This document shows positions 17,935-28,688 of a stretch of DNA of 64,000 nt, in pieces. The stretch's first letter is position 1, and every line of letters begins with the position of its first letter. The notes beneath the pieces are model-generated. The model worked only from the letters and a program-made list of their open reading frames with translations. It did not search any database and was not told the DNA's origin. A program made the position numbers and the translations under genes. Source of the stretch: an uncultured virus (IMG/VR IMGVR_UViG_3300046536_000394) (taxonomy: Duplodnaviria > Heunggongvirae > Uroviricota > Caudoviricetes); the IMG/VR virus record IMGVR_UViG_3300046536_000394. One strand, given 5' to 3'.

Positions 17935-19181
17935 CGAAACACTTCATCGACTTCGCCGCCGCCTCCGGGTGGGCGATGTGGCCCGATGCCGTCGACAACC
18001 TCGTCTCGATCGCTGAACGCGCCAATGAGACCACGCCGGAGCTGCTCGAGGCATATCGGGCGCAAAGCGTGGAAAAGGGCGACCGCCTCAAAGCTCGAGA
18101 CGGTGTCGGCCTCCTCTACGTCGAGGGACCGCTGTTCAAGAAGGCGAATTTCATGACGGCGATGTCCGGTGCGACATCGTATGCCACGCTCGCCAAGGAT
18201 CTCCAGGTCGCGCTCGACGATCCGTCGATCCACTCGATCGCAATGCTTGTCGACAGCCCCGGTGGAGAGGCAAGCGGCGCCGATGAATTCGCGGCCGCAG
18301 TTCATGCCGCCAACAAGATCAAGCCGGTGACCTCCTTCGTCTCCGGAATGGGCGCCTCGGCGGCCTACTGGATCGCGGCGGCTGGCGGCAAGGTTTACCT
18401 GTCCGAAGGCTCGATGGTTGGTTCCATCGGCGTCGTTCTAGGCATCACAGACACCTCCGCTTCTGATGAAAAGCGCGGGGTTCGGAAACTGCAATTCGTG
18501 TCATCGAAGTCGCCGAACAAGCGACCCGACCCGACCACGGAGGCAGGAGCCTCGCATATCCAAGCCATGGTTGATGCGCTTGGGGATGTCTTCATCAACA
18601 AGGTGGCCTCGTATCGCAAGGTCACCGCAGAGGACGTTGTCGCCAAGTTTGGCGCCGGCGGAATGAAAATCGGGGCGGATGCCGTCGCTTCAGGAATGGC
18701 CGATGGTATCGGGCAGTTCGAAGGCGTCCTCGCCACCATCATCCAGGACGGTAAACGCCGGACTGCAAACCAACGCTCATACGGAGGGCTTTCCATGGCC
18801 GACGAAACCACCATAGACGCCGCTGCGATCGAAGAAGCGGCAGCAGCAAAAGCACAGGCTCGCATGAAGGCGATCCTTGCATCCGACGCCGGGAAGGCCA
18901 TGCCGACCCTCGCTTCGCACCTCGCTTACGAGACGAAGATGTCGGCCGAAGACGCCGTCAAGATCCTGACCTCTGCCAAGGCAGACGCTCCGGAAGCTCC
19001 CGCCGTCGTCGTCCCGCCCGCCGTCGATCCCGCTGCCGCCGCCGCCGCTTTCGAGGCATCCAAGCGCGACGCCGGCGCCCTCGGTCTTGGCCAACCAGGT
19101 CAGACCGGCGCCGAAAAGCCCGACGCTGCAGCCAGTTGGGCTAAAGCCGTCAAGACCGTCAACGCTCGCATCGGCGCTTAA
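17931..19181 (+). CDS. S49 head maturation protease with C-terminal scaffold
   Basis: VDSPGGEA, GASAAYWIA, VGSIGV, GMADGIG. Confidence 0.93.
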   Translation: MTKHFIDFAAASGWAMWPDAVDNLVSIAERANETTPELLEAYRAQSVEKGDRLKARDGVGLLYVEGPLFKKANFMTAMSGATSYATLAKDLQVALDDPSIHSIAMLVDSPGGEASGADEFAAAVHAANKIKPVTSFVSGMGASAAYWIAAAGGKVYLSEGSMVGSIGVVLGITDTSASDEKRGVRKLQFVSSKSPNKRPDPTTEAGASHIQAMVDALGDVFINKVASYRKVTAEDVVAKFGAGGMKIGADAVASGMADGIGQFEGVLATIIQDGKRRTANQRSYGGLSMADETTIDAAAIEEAAAAKAQARMKAILASDAGKAMPTLASHLAYETKMSAEDAVKILTSAKADAPEAPAVVVPPAVDPAAAAAAFEASKRDAGALGLGQPGQTGAEKPDAAASWAKAVKTVNARIGA

Positions 19182-19214
19182 TCGCAGCCATTCCGCAACA
19201 GGAGTTCTTTTTCG

Positions 19215-19877
19215 ATGACCGTATTTACTGAATCCGCCCGTTGGGGTGAAGCCATCATGAGCGAGGCAAACTTCCACTTGTCTCGCGACAATGGCATCGT
19301 CGCTCTTTCGCAGACCGTGCTTATGAACGGCTTGGTGTCCAAGCTGGCGATCGTCGCTGGTGTCGACGTCACTCAGTCGTTCACCGGCACTGGCAACGGC
19401 GTCATGACCCCGGCCTCCCCGGCTGTGAACAGCATGGTCCAGGACGGAAACTACCGTCTGACGTGCATCACGGTTGCCGCCAACGCCGGCACGTTCCTTG
19501 TCGAAGATCCAAGCGGCAAGAGCTTGGGTGAAGCCCAGGTTGGTGTCCTTTTCAACAAGGAAATCAAGTTCACGATCGCCGACGGTTCGACCGACTTCGT
19601 GCTTGGCGACCAGTTCCTCTTCCAGGTCGCGGCCAACGCCGACGACTTCCAGTACGTCGCCTTCAACCCGGCCGGCACCGATGGTTCGCAGAACCCCGTC
19701 GGATACTCGCCTTATCCGGTTGTCACCGATGGTGTGAACACGAAGAAGATCTCCGTTCTCAACGCGAGTTGCGAGCTGAACGGTAACTGCATCGCATGGC
19801 CGGCTGGCATCACTGCGGCGCAGAAGCAGGACGCCATCCAGGCGCTCGGCGTCAAGAACGTCAAGGTCCGCTTCTAA
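19215..19877 (+). CDS. head decoration protein
   Basis: IMSEANFHLSRD, NPAGTDGSQ, WPAGITAAQK; between protease and capsid. Confidence 0.85.
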   Translation: MTVFTESARWGEAIMSEANFHLSRDNGIVALSQTVLMNGLVSKLAIVAGVDVTQSFTGTGNGVMTPASPAVNSMVQDGNYRLTCITVAANAGTFLVEDPSGKSLGEAQVGVLFNKEIKFTIADGSTDFVLGDQFLFQVAANADDFQYVAFNPAGTDGSQNPVGYSPYPVVTDGVNTKKISVLNASCELNGNCIAWPAGITAAQKQDAIQALGVKNVKVRF

Positions 19878-19960
19878 CCCGCGGGACTTCCCCCACCCAC
19901 AACCCGTCACGCCCAACATAGCCCCGTCACGCGCGGATTGGCTGAGGAGAAATTACGTCA

Positions 19961-21001
19961 ATGGCCGACATGTTCGACATCTTCAATCAGGACGCCTTCC
20001 GCGTCACCTCCATGGCAACCGCCATGAAGGAAATCAAATATGTACCAAGCTACATCTCGAGCTTGGGCATCTTCCGGGAACAGACCGTCAACACGACGGA
20101 CGTTGTCATCGAAAAGGACGCGGATCAGCAGATCTTCGTCGTCGGCTCCAGCCCTCGCGGCGGCGTCGGACAGACCTTCGGCAAGAACCGCCGCCAGATG
20201 CGCAAGCTCTCGGTTCCCCACTACCAGGTCGACGATGCGATCTACGCTGATGAAGTTCAGCAGGTTCGCGCCTTCTCAGATCCGGTCGCAACGGAGATGC
20301 TGCAGTCCCGCATCGCCCGCCGCGCCGGTGAAGTTTCTCAGTCCTTCGCACTGACGGAAGAGAAGCAGAAGCTTGCCGTTGTTACCCAGGGCAAGGTTTT
20401 CGACGCCGACGGCACGCTGATCTATGACTTCTACGCCGAGTTCGGCGAAGCGGCCCCGGTCGAAATCGCCTTCGACCTCGACAACGCCTCCCCGGCCCGC
20501 GGCGCCCTCCGGAAGCTTTGCGCCTCCGTGGTTCGCGCCATGGGGACGACCCTCGACGGTATCCCCTTCTCCGGGATCCTGGCGATCTGCTCGGACACCT
20601 TCTACGACGCGCTCACCACGCACAACGAAGTCGAGAAGACGTTCGTCAATTGGTCCGAAGCGGTCAATCTGCGCGCGCCAATCGTCGGCACCGGCCAGAA
20701 CGGCGGCATTTGGGCCGAATTCAAAATCTTTGGTATCACCTGGGTTAACTACCGTGGTGGCCAGAGCGTCGGGATCACTACCGACAAGGTGTACTTCATC
20801 CCGATTGGCACCCCGGATCTCTTCCGGTCCGTCTATGCGCCGGCTGACTACATCGAAACCGTCAACACTGAAGGCCAGCGTTTGTATTCGAAGGTATTCC
20901 GGATGCACAACGACAAGGGCATGAACATGGAATTCCAGTCGAACGTACTGCATTACTGCGTTCGTCCTCGGGTCATCATGTCCGGCCGCAAAGGGTCTTA
21001 A
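19961..21001 (+). CDS. major capsid protein (lambda E family)
   Basis: DIFNQDAF, SPRGG, APADYIETVNTEG, QSNVLHYCVRP. Confidence 0.93.
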   Translation: MADMFDIFNQDAFRVTSMATAMKEIKYVPSYISSLGIFREQTVNTTDVVIEKDADQQIFVVGSSPRGGVGQTFGKNRRQMRKLSVPHYQVDDAIYADEVQQVRAFSDPVATEMLQSRIARRAGEVSQSFALTEEKQKLAVVTQGKVFDADGTLIYDFYAEFGEAAPVEIAFDLDNASPARGALRKLCASVVRAMGTTLDGIPFSGILAICSDTFYDALTTHNEVEKTFVNWSEAVNLRAPIVGTGQNGGIWAEFKIFGITWVNYRGGQSVGITTDKVYFIPIGTPDLFRSVYAPADYIETVNTEGQRLYSKVFRMHNDKGMNMEFQSNVLHYCVRPRVIMSGRKGS

Positions 21002-21031
21002 CGGCTAAAGTCTGAAACCGGAGAGAGCCCG

Positions 21032-21469
21032 ATGTCCACCTTCCGCAGCCTCTACGAACCGCGCACCTCTGAACGCATCGACGCCTTCTATGGGGACCAA
21101 ATCCTCATCGAGCGGATGACGAAGGGATCGTATTTCGGAGCGGTTGCGGATGGATCTCGGGCTCCTCTTGTTGTCACCGGCATCATCGACGTCAACCCAG
21201 TAACGGTGACGCTGAAAGTCGAAGGCAGCTATGACGGGTTGGTTCCGCAGCTCGCCGGTGAAAAGTACCATGTCAGCTTCGACATCAAGAAGTTTCCGAC
21301 AACGTCCGATTTGCCGAAGCCGGATGACTTGCTCACCGCGGTTATCGTCACCGGCATCATTGGATCTCCGGTCTACACCCCGGACCCGAATTTCCCGAAA
21401 CTGCGGGTGACGCGCGTCGATCCTGACGGGATCAACCGCATCATCTGCGTATGCTCGAGGGCGCAATGA
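21032..21469 (+). CDS. putative head-tail joining protein
   Basis: Position after the capsid gene; beta-rich 145 aa. Confidence 0.55.
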   Translation: MSTFRSLYEPRTSERIDAFYGDQILIERMTKGSYFGAVADGSRAPLVVTGIIDVNPVTVTLKVEGSYDGLVPQLAGEKYHVSFDIKKFPTTSDLPKPDDLLTAVIVTGIIGSPVYTPDPNFPKLRVTRVDPDGINRIICVCSRAQ

Positions 21470-22260
21470 GCCTCGTATCGCAAGCATTGGTCATCGCGAC
21501 CGAGAAAACGCTTAATGGCGCAACGTGGGCCGGTTCAAGGGTGCTTAGGCAACCTATCGACCCCATCGCTGAAGTCCTTCGTGAGAATGGCGGAAACCAG
21601 ATCCCGGTTATCGCTGTTTACGTCGAGGCCGCCACCTTCGATATCGAGGGCAGAGCGACCCAGGGCAACAAGGGCCAGCTCGATCTAAAGGTGTTCGTCT
21701 ACATCGCCCCAGGGGTCACAAAGATCGACGACGGCACCTATGATTTCGTCATGGATACGACGTCGGCCGGGTTAACGCTCGACATCATGGGCCGGCAAGT
21801 CGACGCCGCGCTGCACACATCGCTTTCCGCTTGGCTGGAGATCTGGCGCAAGATCGTGATCTCAGTCTCGAAAAAGATCGAGAAGTACGCTTTGATCCAG
21901 ATCGAGACCGGTGTCCGCGTCCCCGCGCTGGAGATCCTCTACTCGGTCCATACCATCCCGGATCCCGACTTCGGCGTCGCGGTCGACGGCATGATCGCCT
22001 GGCGGATGATCGACGCGCAACTGCGCACCGAAGGCGCCGACGGCATCAAGCTGGCGGATCTCTTCAAGTCGCTGATCGAAACCCCGGCTGGCCTTCAGCC
22101 CTACCAGACCTTCGTCAACAACGCCGGCCTCACCGCTGCGGACTTCGCGTCTACAGGTCTGGCGCCGGTTCCCGGATCGACGGACCCGACGACTGGCGGC
22201 ATGCCTATCCTCGAGGACGTCACGATCACGGTGACAGGAACAGGAACGGAGCCGCTCTAA
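21466..22260 (+). CDS. virion protein, possible tail terminator
   Basis: TWAGSRV...PIDP...PVIAVYVE pattern; synteny. Confidence 0.55.
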   Translation: MSLVSQALVIATEKTLNGATWAGSRVLRQPIDPIAEVLRENGGNQIPVIAVYVEAATFDIEGRATQGNKGQLDLKVFVYIAPGVTKIDDGTYDFVMDTTSAGLTLDIMGRQVDAALHTSLSAWLEIWRKIVISVSKKIEKYALIQIETGVRVPALEILYSVHTIPDPDFGVAVDGMIAWRMIDAQLRTEGADGIKLADLFKSLIETPAGLQPYQTFVNNAGLTAADFASTGLAPVPGSTDPTTGGMPILEDVTITVTGTGTEPL

Positions 22261-22817
22261 TGGCACTAGTCCAGGCCGCCGACGTCTCCGAATTGCTGCG
22301 CGACGTGATGATCCGCTTCCTCGAGTCGCAACGTCGCCAAGCTGGATCCGAGATGTCCGGCAAGGTTACCGACGTCGACACCACGAAGCATCTCGCGCGC
22401 ATCGAGATCGGCAAGGATGACGACGGCAACCAGGTGAAGTCGCCGTGGGTTCCCTATGCGCAGATCGCGGGCGACCTGAAATTCCACCAGCCGCCCGTCA
22501 AAGACCAGTTGATGACGCTCCGATCGGAGAATGGGGATGTCGAGCAAGGCACGCTTCATCCATCGGGCTTCACCGACGCGAACCCGTCGCCATCGACTGA
22601 TGCGGCAACCAACGTCATGACCTTCGGATCCGTCAAGGTGACGATCGCCAAGGACCATCTCCTCCTCGAGGTTGGCGGTACGTCCTGGAGGTTCTCGGCC
22701 GACGGGAAAGATCAGACCGGCGGCTACTCGAAACACGACGGGCATTCCGTCGACAAGACACATAAGCATAGCGGCGTCGTTCATGGCGGCGAGCTGACAG
22801 ACCCACCCGCAAACTGA
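22260..22817 (+). CDS. baseplate spike (P2 gpV-like)
   Basis: GKVTDVD, SPWVPYAQIAG, C-terminal THKHSGV iron-binding HxH; true start at 22260. Confidence 0.9.
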   Translation: MALVQAADVSELLRDVMIRFLESQRRQAGSEMSGKVTDVDTTKHLARIEIGKDDDGNQVKSPWVPYAQIAGDLKFHQPPVKDQLMTLRSENGDVEQGTLHPSGFTDANPSPSTDAATNVMTFGSVKVTIAKDHLLLEVGGTSWRFSADGKDQTGGYSKHDGHSVDKTHKHSGVVHGGELTDPPAN

Positions 22818-22827
22818 GGAGCCAATC

Positions 22828-23037
22828 ATGGCCAAGTACACAGTTCTTATCGAAGGCAAGATGGTCGCCGGCCTGAAGAGCCCCGGCGTCGGCAATACCA
22901 TCGAGATGACTGATCTCCAGGCGGAGCATCCGCTGCGCATCGGCGAAATCGAGCTCTACAAAGCCCCGAAGGCGGAACCCGCCGCTGTCGACGCCCCTGG
23001 AAAAGCTCCGGATCCCGTAGCGAAGCCGGCGGTTTAA
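22828..23037 (+). CDS. hypothetical virion-associated protein
   Basis: GAGGAG RBS, 69 aa. Confidence 0.6.
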   Translation: MAKYTVLIEGKMVAGLKSPGVGNTIEMTDLQAEHPLRIGEIELYKAPKAEPAAVDAPGKAPDPVAKPAV

Positions 23038-23040
23038 TCG

Positions 23041-23421
23041 ATGGCCGGGGTTGACCAGGTCACCGGTGGGGTTCTCGAGGGATGGGATCATGTCCAGCAG
23101 TCGCTTGGGGTGATCTTCTCGACGCGTCAAGGTGACCGCGTCATGCGCGAATGGTTCGGCAACCCCGGCCTGAAGCTTCTCGGGAAACCTCAGAATGAGC
23201 CGACGGTTTTGATGTGGTTCAACATCATGTGGATGCTGACAGAGCTCTTTGAGCCTCGCTTCAAGATCATCCAGTTCGAAGTGAACGACCTATCGCAGCT
23301 TGGGTTCGGCAACTTCACCCTCAACGGGGAGTACCGGCCGTATGCTCACCTCGATTGGGTCCAGGCTCGAGCGTTCGTTTCCGTCAACGGCACCACGGTA
23401 ACACTTAGCGGAGCGGATTAA
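23041..23421 (+). CDS. baseplate wedge protein (gpW/gp25)
   Basis: HVQQSLGVIFSTRQGDRVMREWFG, FEPRF. Confidence 0.9.
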   Translation: MAGVDQVTGGVLEGWDHVQQSLGVIFSTRQGDRVMREWFGNPGLKLLGKPQNEPTVLMWFNIMWMLTELFEPRFKIIQFEVNDLSQLGFGNFTLNGEYRPYAHLDWVQARAFVSVNGTTVTLSGAD

Positions 23422-24299
23422 TGGCGATCGACCTTTCCTCACTGCCGGATCCGCAGATCATCGATCCGCTGGATTACGAGACCATCGTTGCGGATGCGAA
23501 GACGACGTTCGCAACGCTATGGGCAGCGGTTCGCGCCGCTAACCCAGGACTCAATCTGCCGGCCTATGACGTCTCCATGCTGGAAACGGACCCGGTGGTT
23601 GTCACCATCGAGGCACAGGCGTATCGCGAGCTCGCCATCCGCTCTCGCATCAACGATGCCGCCAAGAGCAACTTGCTGAAGTTCTCCTGGGGCGCCGATC
23701 TCGACAACCTGGCCGCCGATCACGACGTCACCCGGTTGACCGGCGAAACCGACGATGCCTTGAAAGAGCGCATCATCCTGAAGGATCAGGGCTCATCCTC
23801 GGCGGGCCCTGAAGACTGGTACAAATATTGGGCGCGCACCGCGGATGTCCGCGTCAAGGATGTCTCGGTTTTCCGGGCGACCTTGGGCCCCGCGCTCACC
23901 ATCGGGATCCTGTCGACCGACAATGGCGGCGTCCCGACTTCCGATATCTTGGCGAATGTGCTTGCCGTTGTGAACGCTTCGAATATCCGCGGCATGAACG
24001 ACGTGCTCTCCGTTGTCGCCTCGACGACGCAGACCGTCAACATCAATGCCGATATCTGGCTGTTGCCGGATGCGCCGCAGACTGTCTTCGACGGCCTCTC
24101 CGGCGTGCTGGCCATTGCCTGGGTTACGGAAGGCGGCATCGGCTTCGATCTCAATCTGAACTGGCTCTATGCCAAGCTGTCGCCATCTGGCGTTTCGAAG
24201 GTCCATATCAACGCGCCAACGATCGACACCGTGGCGCCGGATGTATCGTCGATCGCGCTCGGGACGATCACGCTTAACTACATGGGAAGATCCCGTTGA
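23421..24299 (+). CDS. baseplate J protein
   Basis: IDLSSLPDPQII, AYRELAIRSRINDAA, GADLDNLAA, ETDDALKER, SAGP. Confidence 0.93.
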   Translation: MAIDLSSLPDPQIIDPLDYETIVADAKTTFATLWAAVRAANPGLNLPAYDVSMLETDPVVVTIEAQAYRELAIRSRINDAAKSNLLKFSWGADLDNLAADHDVTRLTGETDDALKERIILKDQGSSSAGPEDWYKYWARTADVRVKDVSVFRATLGPALTIGILSTDNGGVPTSDILANVLAVVNASNIRGMNDVLSVVASTTQTVNINADIWLLPDAPQTVFDGLSGVLAIAWVTEGGIGFDLNLNWLYAKLSPSGVSKVHINAPTIDTVAPDVSSIALGTITLNYMGRSR

Positions 24300-25372
24300 C
24301 CCTTGAAACGATACTTCCAACCAATGCGACGGACTATTTGCTCACCCTCGAGCAAGCGCTTGATATCACGACGCCAACCGCTGCTGCCGTCGCCTACATG
24401 CATGGTTGGAAGTATCATCGGCCGATCGCCGCCGATCTCGCCCCGTTCCTGATCCACGAATACGGCTTGGGCCCGATCTCGGCATATTTCACCGACGTCA
24501 ACGCCCTGATCGACCAGGGGCGGGAATGGCAAGAGATCCGCGGCACCCCGCAGGCTGTTATCGATGCCTTGGGGTGGATCGGCTACAGCTCGCCCGCCGT
24601 TCTCGACCAGGTGCTCGGTCGACTCCGCTGGCATCTGTACCAGATCAACATGGGCGCCTTGCCGCTGCCGAATGAGCCGAAACTGCTGGCGGATGCCGAG
24701 TATCTCGCCGACGTCTCCGATCGGGCGCGTTCCGAGTTCTGGCGCGGCTTCTACGGTTACGATGTCCGCGGCTTGACCTGGGGCCGTTCGAAGTGGGGAC
24801 GCTCGATATGGGGCGACAGCTCCGGCGTCGTTCTCCCGCCTGGAAAGGTGAAGTGGTCGCACGGCCGGCAATGGCAGGTTTCGATCACGGCTTCCGGCGG
24901 CGATGAGACCGCGCTCGGGGTCAACTACCACAATGGCGACCCGCTGACATGGTTGCCGACACTGACATGGTCGACCCCTGGCATCGGCTGGAGCGGCGTC
25001 ACCGATGCCGTCGCGCTCAAAGCGTGGCTGATGGCGCGGAAGGTGGCGCATATCGGTTTCTACGATTCGACGGGAACGATCATCGCTTACGCCCCTGTCT
25101 TCATGGCCCCGACCAGGATCGGCACGACACCGGCAACGGTGCGCTATCAGATCCGGACCGGCTTCGGCGTCGGCTTCGGGTCAACCGTTGCCTCGGTTTC
25201 CATGGTTTTCGGCGGCGTCCCCGCTGCCGGGGTGAAGCCCGGGACAAAATGGCTGCTGCCGTCTCAGATCACATTCCCTTCGGGGCAGATCAAAGTTGGC
25301 ACCGCCGCACTCGCTTTGAAATTTCAACAGACATTCCGTGAGTTCGTGAACGTGGATTTGGTGCTGCCGTAG
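24296..25372 (+). CDS. tail/baseplate protein I
   Basis: ILPTNAT..LEQA, RGTPQAVIDALGWIG; follows gpJ. Confidence 0.85.
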   Translation: MTLETILPTNATDYLLTLEQALDITTPTAAAVAYMHGWKYHRPIAADLAPFLIHEYGLGPISAYFTDVNALIDQGREWQEIRGTPQAVIDALGWIGYSSPAVLDQVLGRLRWHLYQINMGALPLPNEPKLLADAEYLADVSDRARSEFWRGFYGYDVRGLTWGRSKWGRSIWGDSSGVVLPPGKVKWSHGRQWQVSITASGGDETALGVNYHNGDPLTWLPTLTWSTPGIGWSGVTDAVALKAWLMARKVAHIGFYDSTGTIIAYAPVFMAPTRIGTTPATVRYQIRTGFGVGFGSTVASVSMVFGGVPAAGVKPGTKWLLPSQITFPSGQIKVGTAALALKFQQTFREFVNVDLVLP

Positions 25373-25437
25373 CCTCCAGGCCGCGGAACGCGCTCCTCGT
25401 CTCTCTACGGCCCGACCAGCGGCGATAGGATCCCTAA

Positions 25438-28400
25438 ATGACCGACGGCACCAACGTTTTCGACCCAACCTTGTTTCCGCAGTACGACGCGGTCCGCGAT
25501 CGCCGGCCGATACGCCCGCAAATCGAGCGCACCTATTACCCGGAAGGCGCTTTTGCACAGGGCGCCGATGTCAATGAAGGTTTCTCGATCGAGGTCGACA
25601 AGCGCAAAGCAATCGGCAACCTGATCGCGTCCGACGGTGACCGGCTTTCCGGCGGCGACATCGTTGTCAACGTCGGCGCCTCGACCGTGTTCATCTCCGA
25701 TGGCGAAGTCTACGCCCAGGGCGGCCGTCGCTCCATCGCTGCGAAAACGCTGACGGCTGTCCCGATGACCGGAGCCGTTACCTTGGGGTTCCGTCGCGTC
25801 GAAACCATTGTGACTTCAGACGATGACGCCATCTATCTCGGATTGGTCGCCGCGGCCGTCGAAAGCTACGGCGAGCCCGGGGCGATCCGGACGATCTGGA
25901 CGTTCTCTTGGGCCTTCGACACCGATGGTGGCACCGGCGATTTCTTCGCCTACGTCCACATGAAGGACGGAGTCGTTGTCGCGCAGAGCGCCCCTCCAAC
26001 TCTGTCTGGCGTCCAGCAGCAGATCGCGGTCTACGACTACGATGCCCACGAAAACTACGTGGTGCGCGGCTGCAATGTGTCCGCACTCGGCAAGACTGGC
26101 TCCTCCCAGGTGTTTTCGATCGCTGAAGGCGTCGCCAACATCATGGGGTTCAAGGCAACCCGCAATTCGGCGAACCTGTTCAACCAGGTCGAAAACCCGG
26201 ATCTCGGGACCGTGAGCTCGGAGCCAAGCACCTTTGCCGATGGCGGCACCGGAACCGCGGTTATCACGACGCGCCGCTTCCCGATCGCGGCCGTCAATTC
26301 GGCCATCGTGACGAAGCAGCGAACCGTTACGATCACCAAGGGCGTCAACGGTTCTGTCGACGCGCTTCCGGATAGCGGCGTCACCACGATCCTTTCGGTT
26401 GTCCAGGGCGGCACAACGTACACGGTTCCGACCAGCTACTCCCAAGTCGGCGACGCCGTTGACTGGACCTCAGGCGGCGCGCAGCCGACGACGGGATCGT
26501 CCTACCAGGTCACCTATCAGTACCTCGTCGCGGTCACCCCGACGGCTGTGACACCAACAACGATCACCTTGACCGGCGGCGTCACCGGCTCGACCGTTCT
26601 TCTGATCTATACCTACAAGTTGCCTAGGATCGATAAGATCGGCCTCGATCAGGACGGCAACGTCGTCTACTTGACCGGGGTATCGGCACAGACGAGACCG
26701 CAGCCTCCTCAGGTTCCGACCGTGATCCTGTCGCTGGCAACGATCACCAATGACTGGCTGAACACCCCGACGGTGAAGAACGACGGCATCCGTGCCTATC
26801 CGTTCCCGCTGATCGACCGGATGTACAACAAGCTGCTCAACCTCCTCAACGAGGTCACCCTGCAGAAGCAGAGCTTGGACATCAACGTCCGTAGCGCCGG
26901 CAACGCCAACGGCGTCTTCAGCGACCCGTTGACCTCCGACGTCTTCCGCGACGCCGGCTATGGGCAGAACGGCGCCGTCTTCAATGGATCATTCCAGATC
27001 CCGATCGCGCCGACGTTTCAGCCGATCTCTGTCTCCGGACCTCTAATGCTGGACTTCCAGCAGGAAACAGTGATCTCGCAGACCTTGATTTCAGGGTGCG
27101 CGCAGATCAACCCGTATATGTCGTTCTCCCCGCTGCCGGCGATCATGACGATCACCCCTGCAGAGGATTATTGGACGCAGCAGCAGACGGTTTGGCTGTC
27201 GGAACAGACCCAGGTATTCGGTTCCGGCAACACGGAGCGAGTCGTCGACACCACGGTTCTTTCCTCCGTGGCATCGGCGCCGATCCGCTATCTCCGCCAG
27301 ATCACCGTCGGGTTCACCATCTCGAAATTCGGGCCCGGTGAAACGCTGACAAAACTCATCTTCGCCGATCATGACGTCACCCCGGCTGGCCTCGTTGCCA
27401 ACGGTTCCGGCATCATCACCGGTTCCTTTGTCATCCCGGCCAACGTTCCTTCAGGCTCAAAGCTTGTTGTCGCAACCGGAGGCTCCGGAGCGGTATGCGC
27501 CGCCACGTTTACCGGACAGGGCATGCTCGAGATAACAGAGCTGCAAACGGTGACGTCGGTCCAGCGCTACCAGGTCAACCCGCCTGCTCGTATCGCCGTC
27601 GCTCCGGTCAAAGCGTCGTCGGATCCTGCGGCCCCGCCATCCTTCGTCTATCGACGTGGCGGTCCGGACCCGCAGGCGCAAAGCTTCGTATTGGTGGACG
27701 GCCGGCACATCAGTTCGGTCGACATCAAGTTCTGCGCGATCGGCGACGTCACGAAACCAGTCATCGTCGAGTTCGTGACGATGGAGAACGGCTTCCCGAC
27801 GCCCGTTGTAATCGCGCAAGCCGAAGTCAACATGGCGACGGTGTTCCTGAACCAATGGACCACCTTTGTTTTCCCGGTGCCGTTCTATTTGCCGGAGAAC
27901 CAGTTCTTCGCCTTTGTCGTCAAGACGAACGATCCGACGCACGCGATCTCCGTTGCCGACCGCGGGCAGTTCGATGCGATCAACCAGAAATGGATTGCCT
28001 CGCAGCCTTATACGGTTGGAACCAGGTTCTCGTCATCCAACGCGGAAACCTGGACCGTCCACCAGGACTCAGACATCACCTTCCGTCTGAACTGCGCTGT
28101 CTTTAACCCGGTATCAAAGACCGTTGCTCTTGGCGTTTTCGCTGTGACCAACTGTTCCGATCTCATCATGCGTGGCGACATCTTCCTGCCCACGGACGCA
28201 ACATCGGTTGCCTTCGATGTCACATTTGGTTCCGAACCAACTGTGCGGGTGTTGCCAGACCAGGTCTTGGAGCGGACGTCGTTCTTCACCGGCAACGTGA
28301 CGATCAAGGCGATCTTGTCTGGATCCACCACGTTGAGCCCGGTTGTCGGCAAGGATCTGCTGGCCATCTTCGGCACCATGCAGGCCAACGGTGTCTATGT

Positions 28401-28677
28401 GTCCGATGCTTGGGCCATGGGAACCGCGATCAAGCTTGATGCCGTGATGTCCTTGAAGCTGCCGGTTGGCTCCTCGCTTCTTGTTGAGGCGGACCCAACC
28501 ACAAACGTCTGGACCACGCTGCCGCAGATCGCCGCCATTGCGATCGACGGCGGCTACACGGAAACGACCTTCGAAAAGACGCCGTACACCGCGCCACTTG
28601 GCAGGCTCCGGCTAACATTAACCGGGACACCGGCGGCTCGGCCGACAGTGGCCGATCTGCGCGCGTGGACGATTTAA
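25438..28677 (+). CDS. large baseplate/fibre protein (DUF4815-like)
   Basis: 1079 aa; YVVRGCNV, YKLPRID, GVFSDPL, INPY, DPQAQSF, SSNAETWTVHQDSD. Confidence 0.8.
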   Translation: MTDGTNVFDPTLFPQYDAVRDRRPIRPQIERTYYPEGAFAQGADVNEGFSIEVDKRKAIGNLIASDGDRLSGGDIVVNVGASTVFISDGEVYAQGGRRSIAAKTLTAVPMTGAVTLGFRRVETIVTSDDDAIYLGLVAAAVESYGEPGAIRTIWTFSWAFDTDGGTGDFFAYVHMKDGVVVAQSAPPTLSGVQQQIAVYDYDAHENYVVRGCNVSALGKTGSSQVFSIAEGVANIMGFKATRNSANLFNQVENPDLGTVSSEPSTFADGGTGTAVITTRRFPIAAVNSAIVTKQRTVTITKGVNGSVDALPDSGVTTILSVVQGGTTYTVPTSYSQVGDAVDWTSGGAQPTTGSSYQVTYQYLVAVTPTAVTPTTITLTGGVTGSTVLLIYTYKLPRIDKIGLDQDGNVVYLTGVSAQTRPQPPQVPTVILSLATITNDWLNTPTVKNDGIRAYPFPLIDRMYNKLLNLLNEVTLQKQSLDINVRSAGNANGVFSDPLTSDVFRDAGYGQNGAVFNGSFQIPIAPTFQPISVSGPLMLDFQQETVISQTLISGCAQINPYMSFSPLPAIMTITPAEDYWTQQQTVWLSEQTQVFGSGNTERVVDTTVLSSVASAPIRYLRQITVGFTISKFGPGETLTKLIFADHDVTPAGLVANGSGIITGSFVIPANVPSGSKLVVATGGSGAVCAATFTGQGMLEITELQTVTSVQRYQVNPPARIAVAPVKASSDPAAPPSFVYRRGGPDPQAQSFVLVDGRHISSVDIKFCAIGDVTKPVIVEFVTMENGFPTPVVIAQAEVNMATVFLNQWTTFVFPVPFYLPENQFFAFVVKTNDPTHAISVADRGQFDAINQKWIASQPYTVGTRFSSSNAETWTVHQDSDITFRLNCAVFNPVSKTVALGVFAVTNCSDLIMRGDIFLPTDATSVAFDVTFGSEPTVRVLPDQVLERTSFFTGNVTIKAILSGSTTLSPVVGKDLLAIFGTMQANGVYVSDAWAMGTAIKLDAVMSLKLPVGSSLLVEADPTTNVWTTLPQIAAIAIDGGYTETTFEKTPYTAPLGRLRLTLTGTPAARPTVADLRAWTI

Positions 28678-28688
28678 GGGGCTGATCA

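Noticed and set aside
19906..19933. Direct repeat CCCGTCACGC twice before the capsid gene
   Set aside because: Only two short copies with no further support
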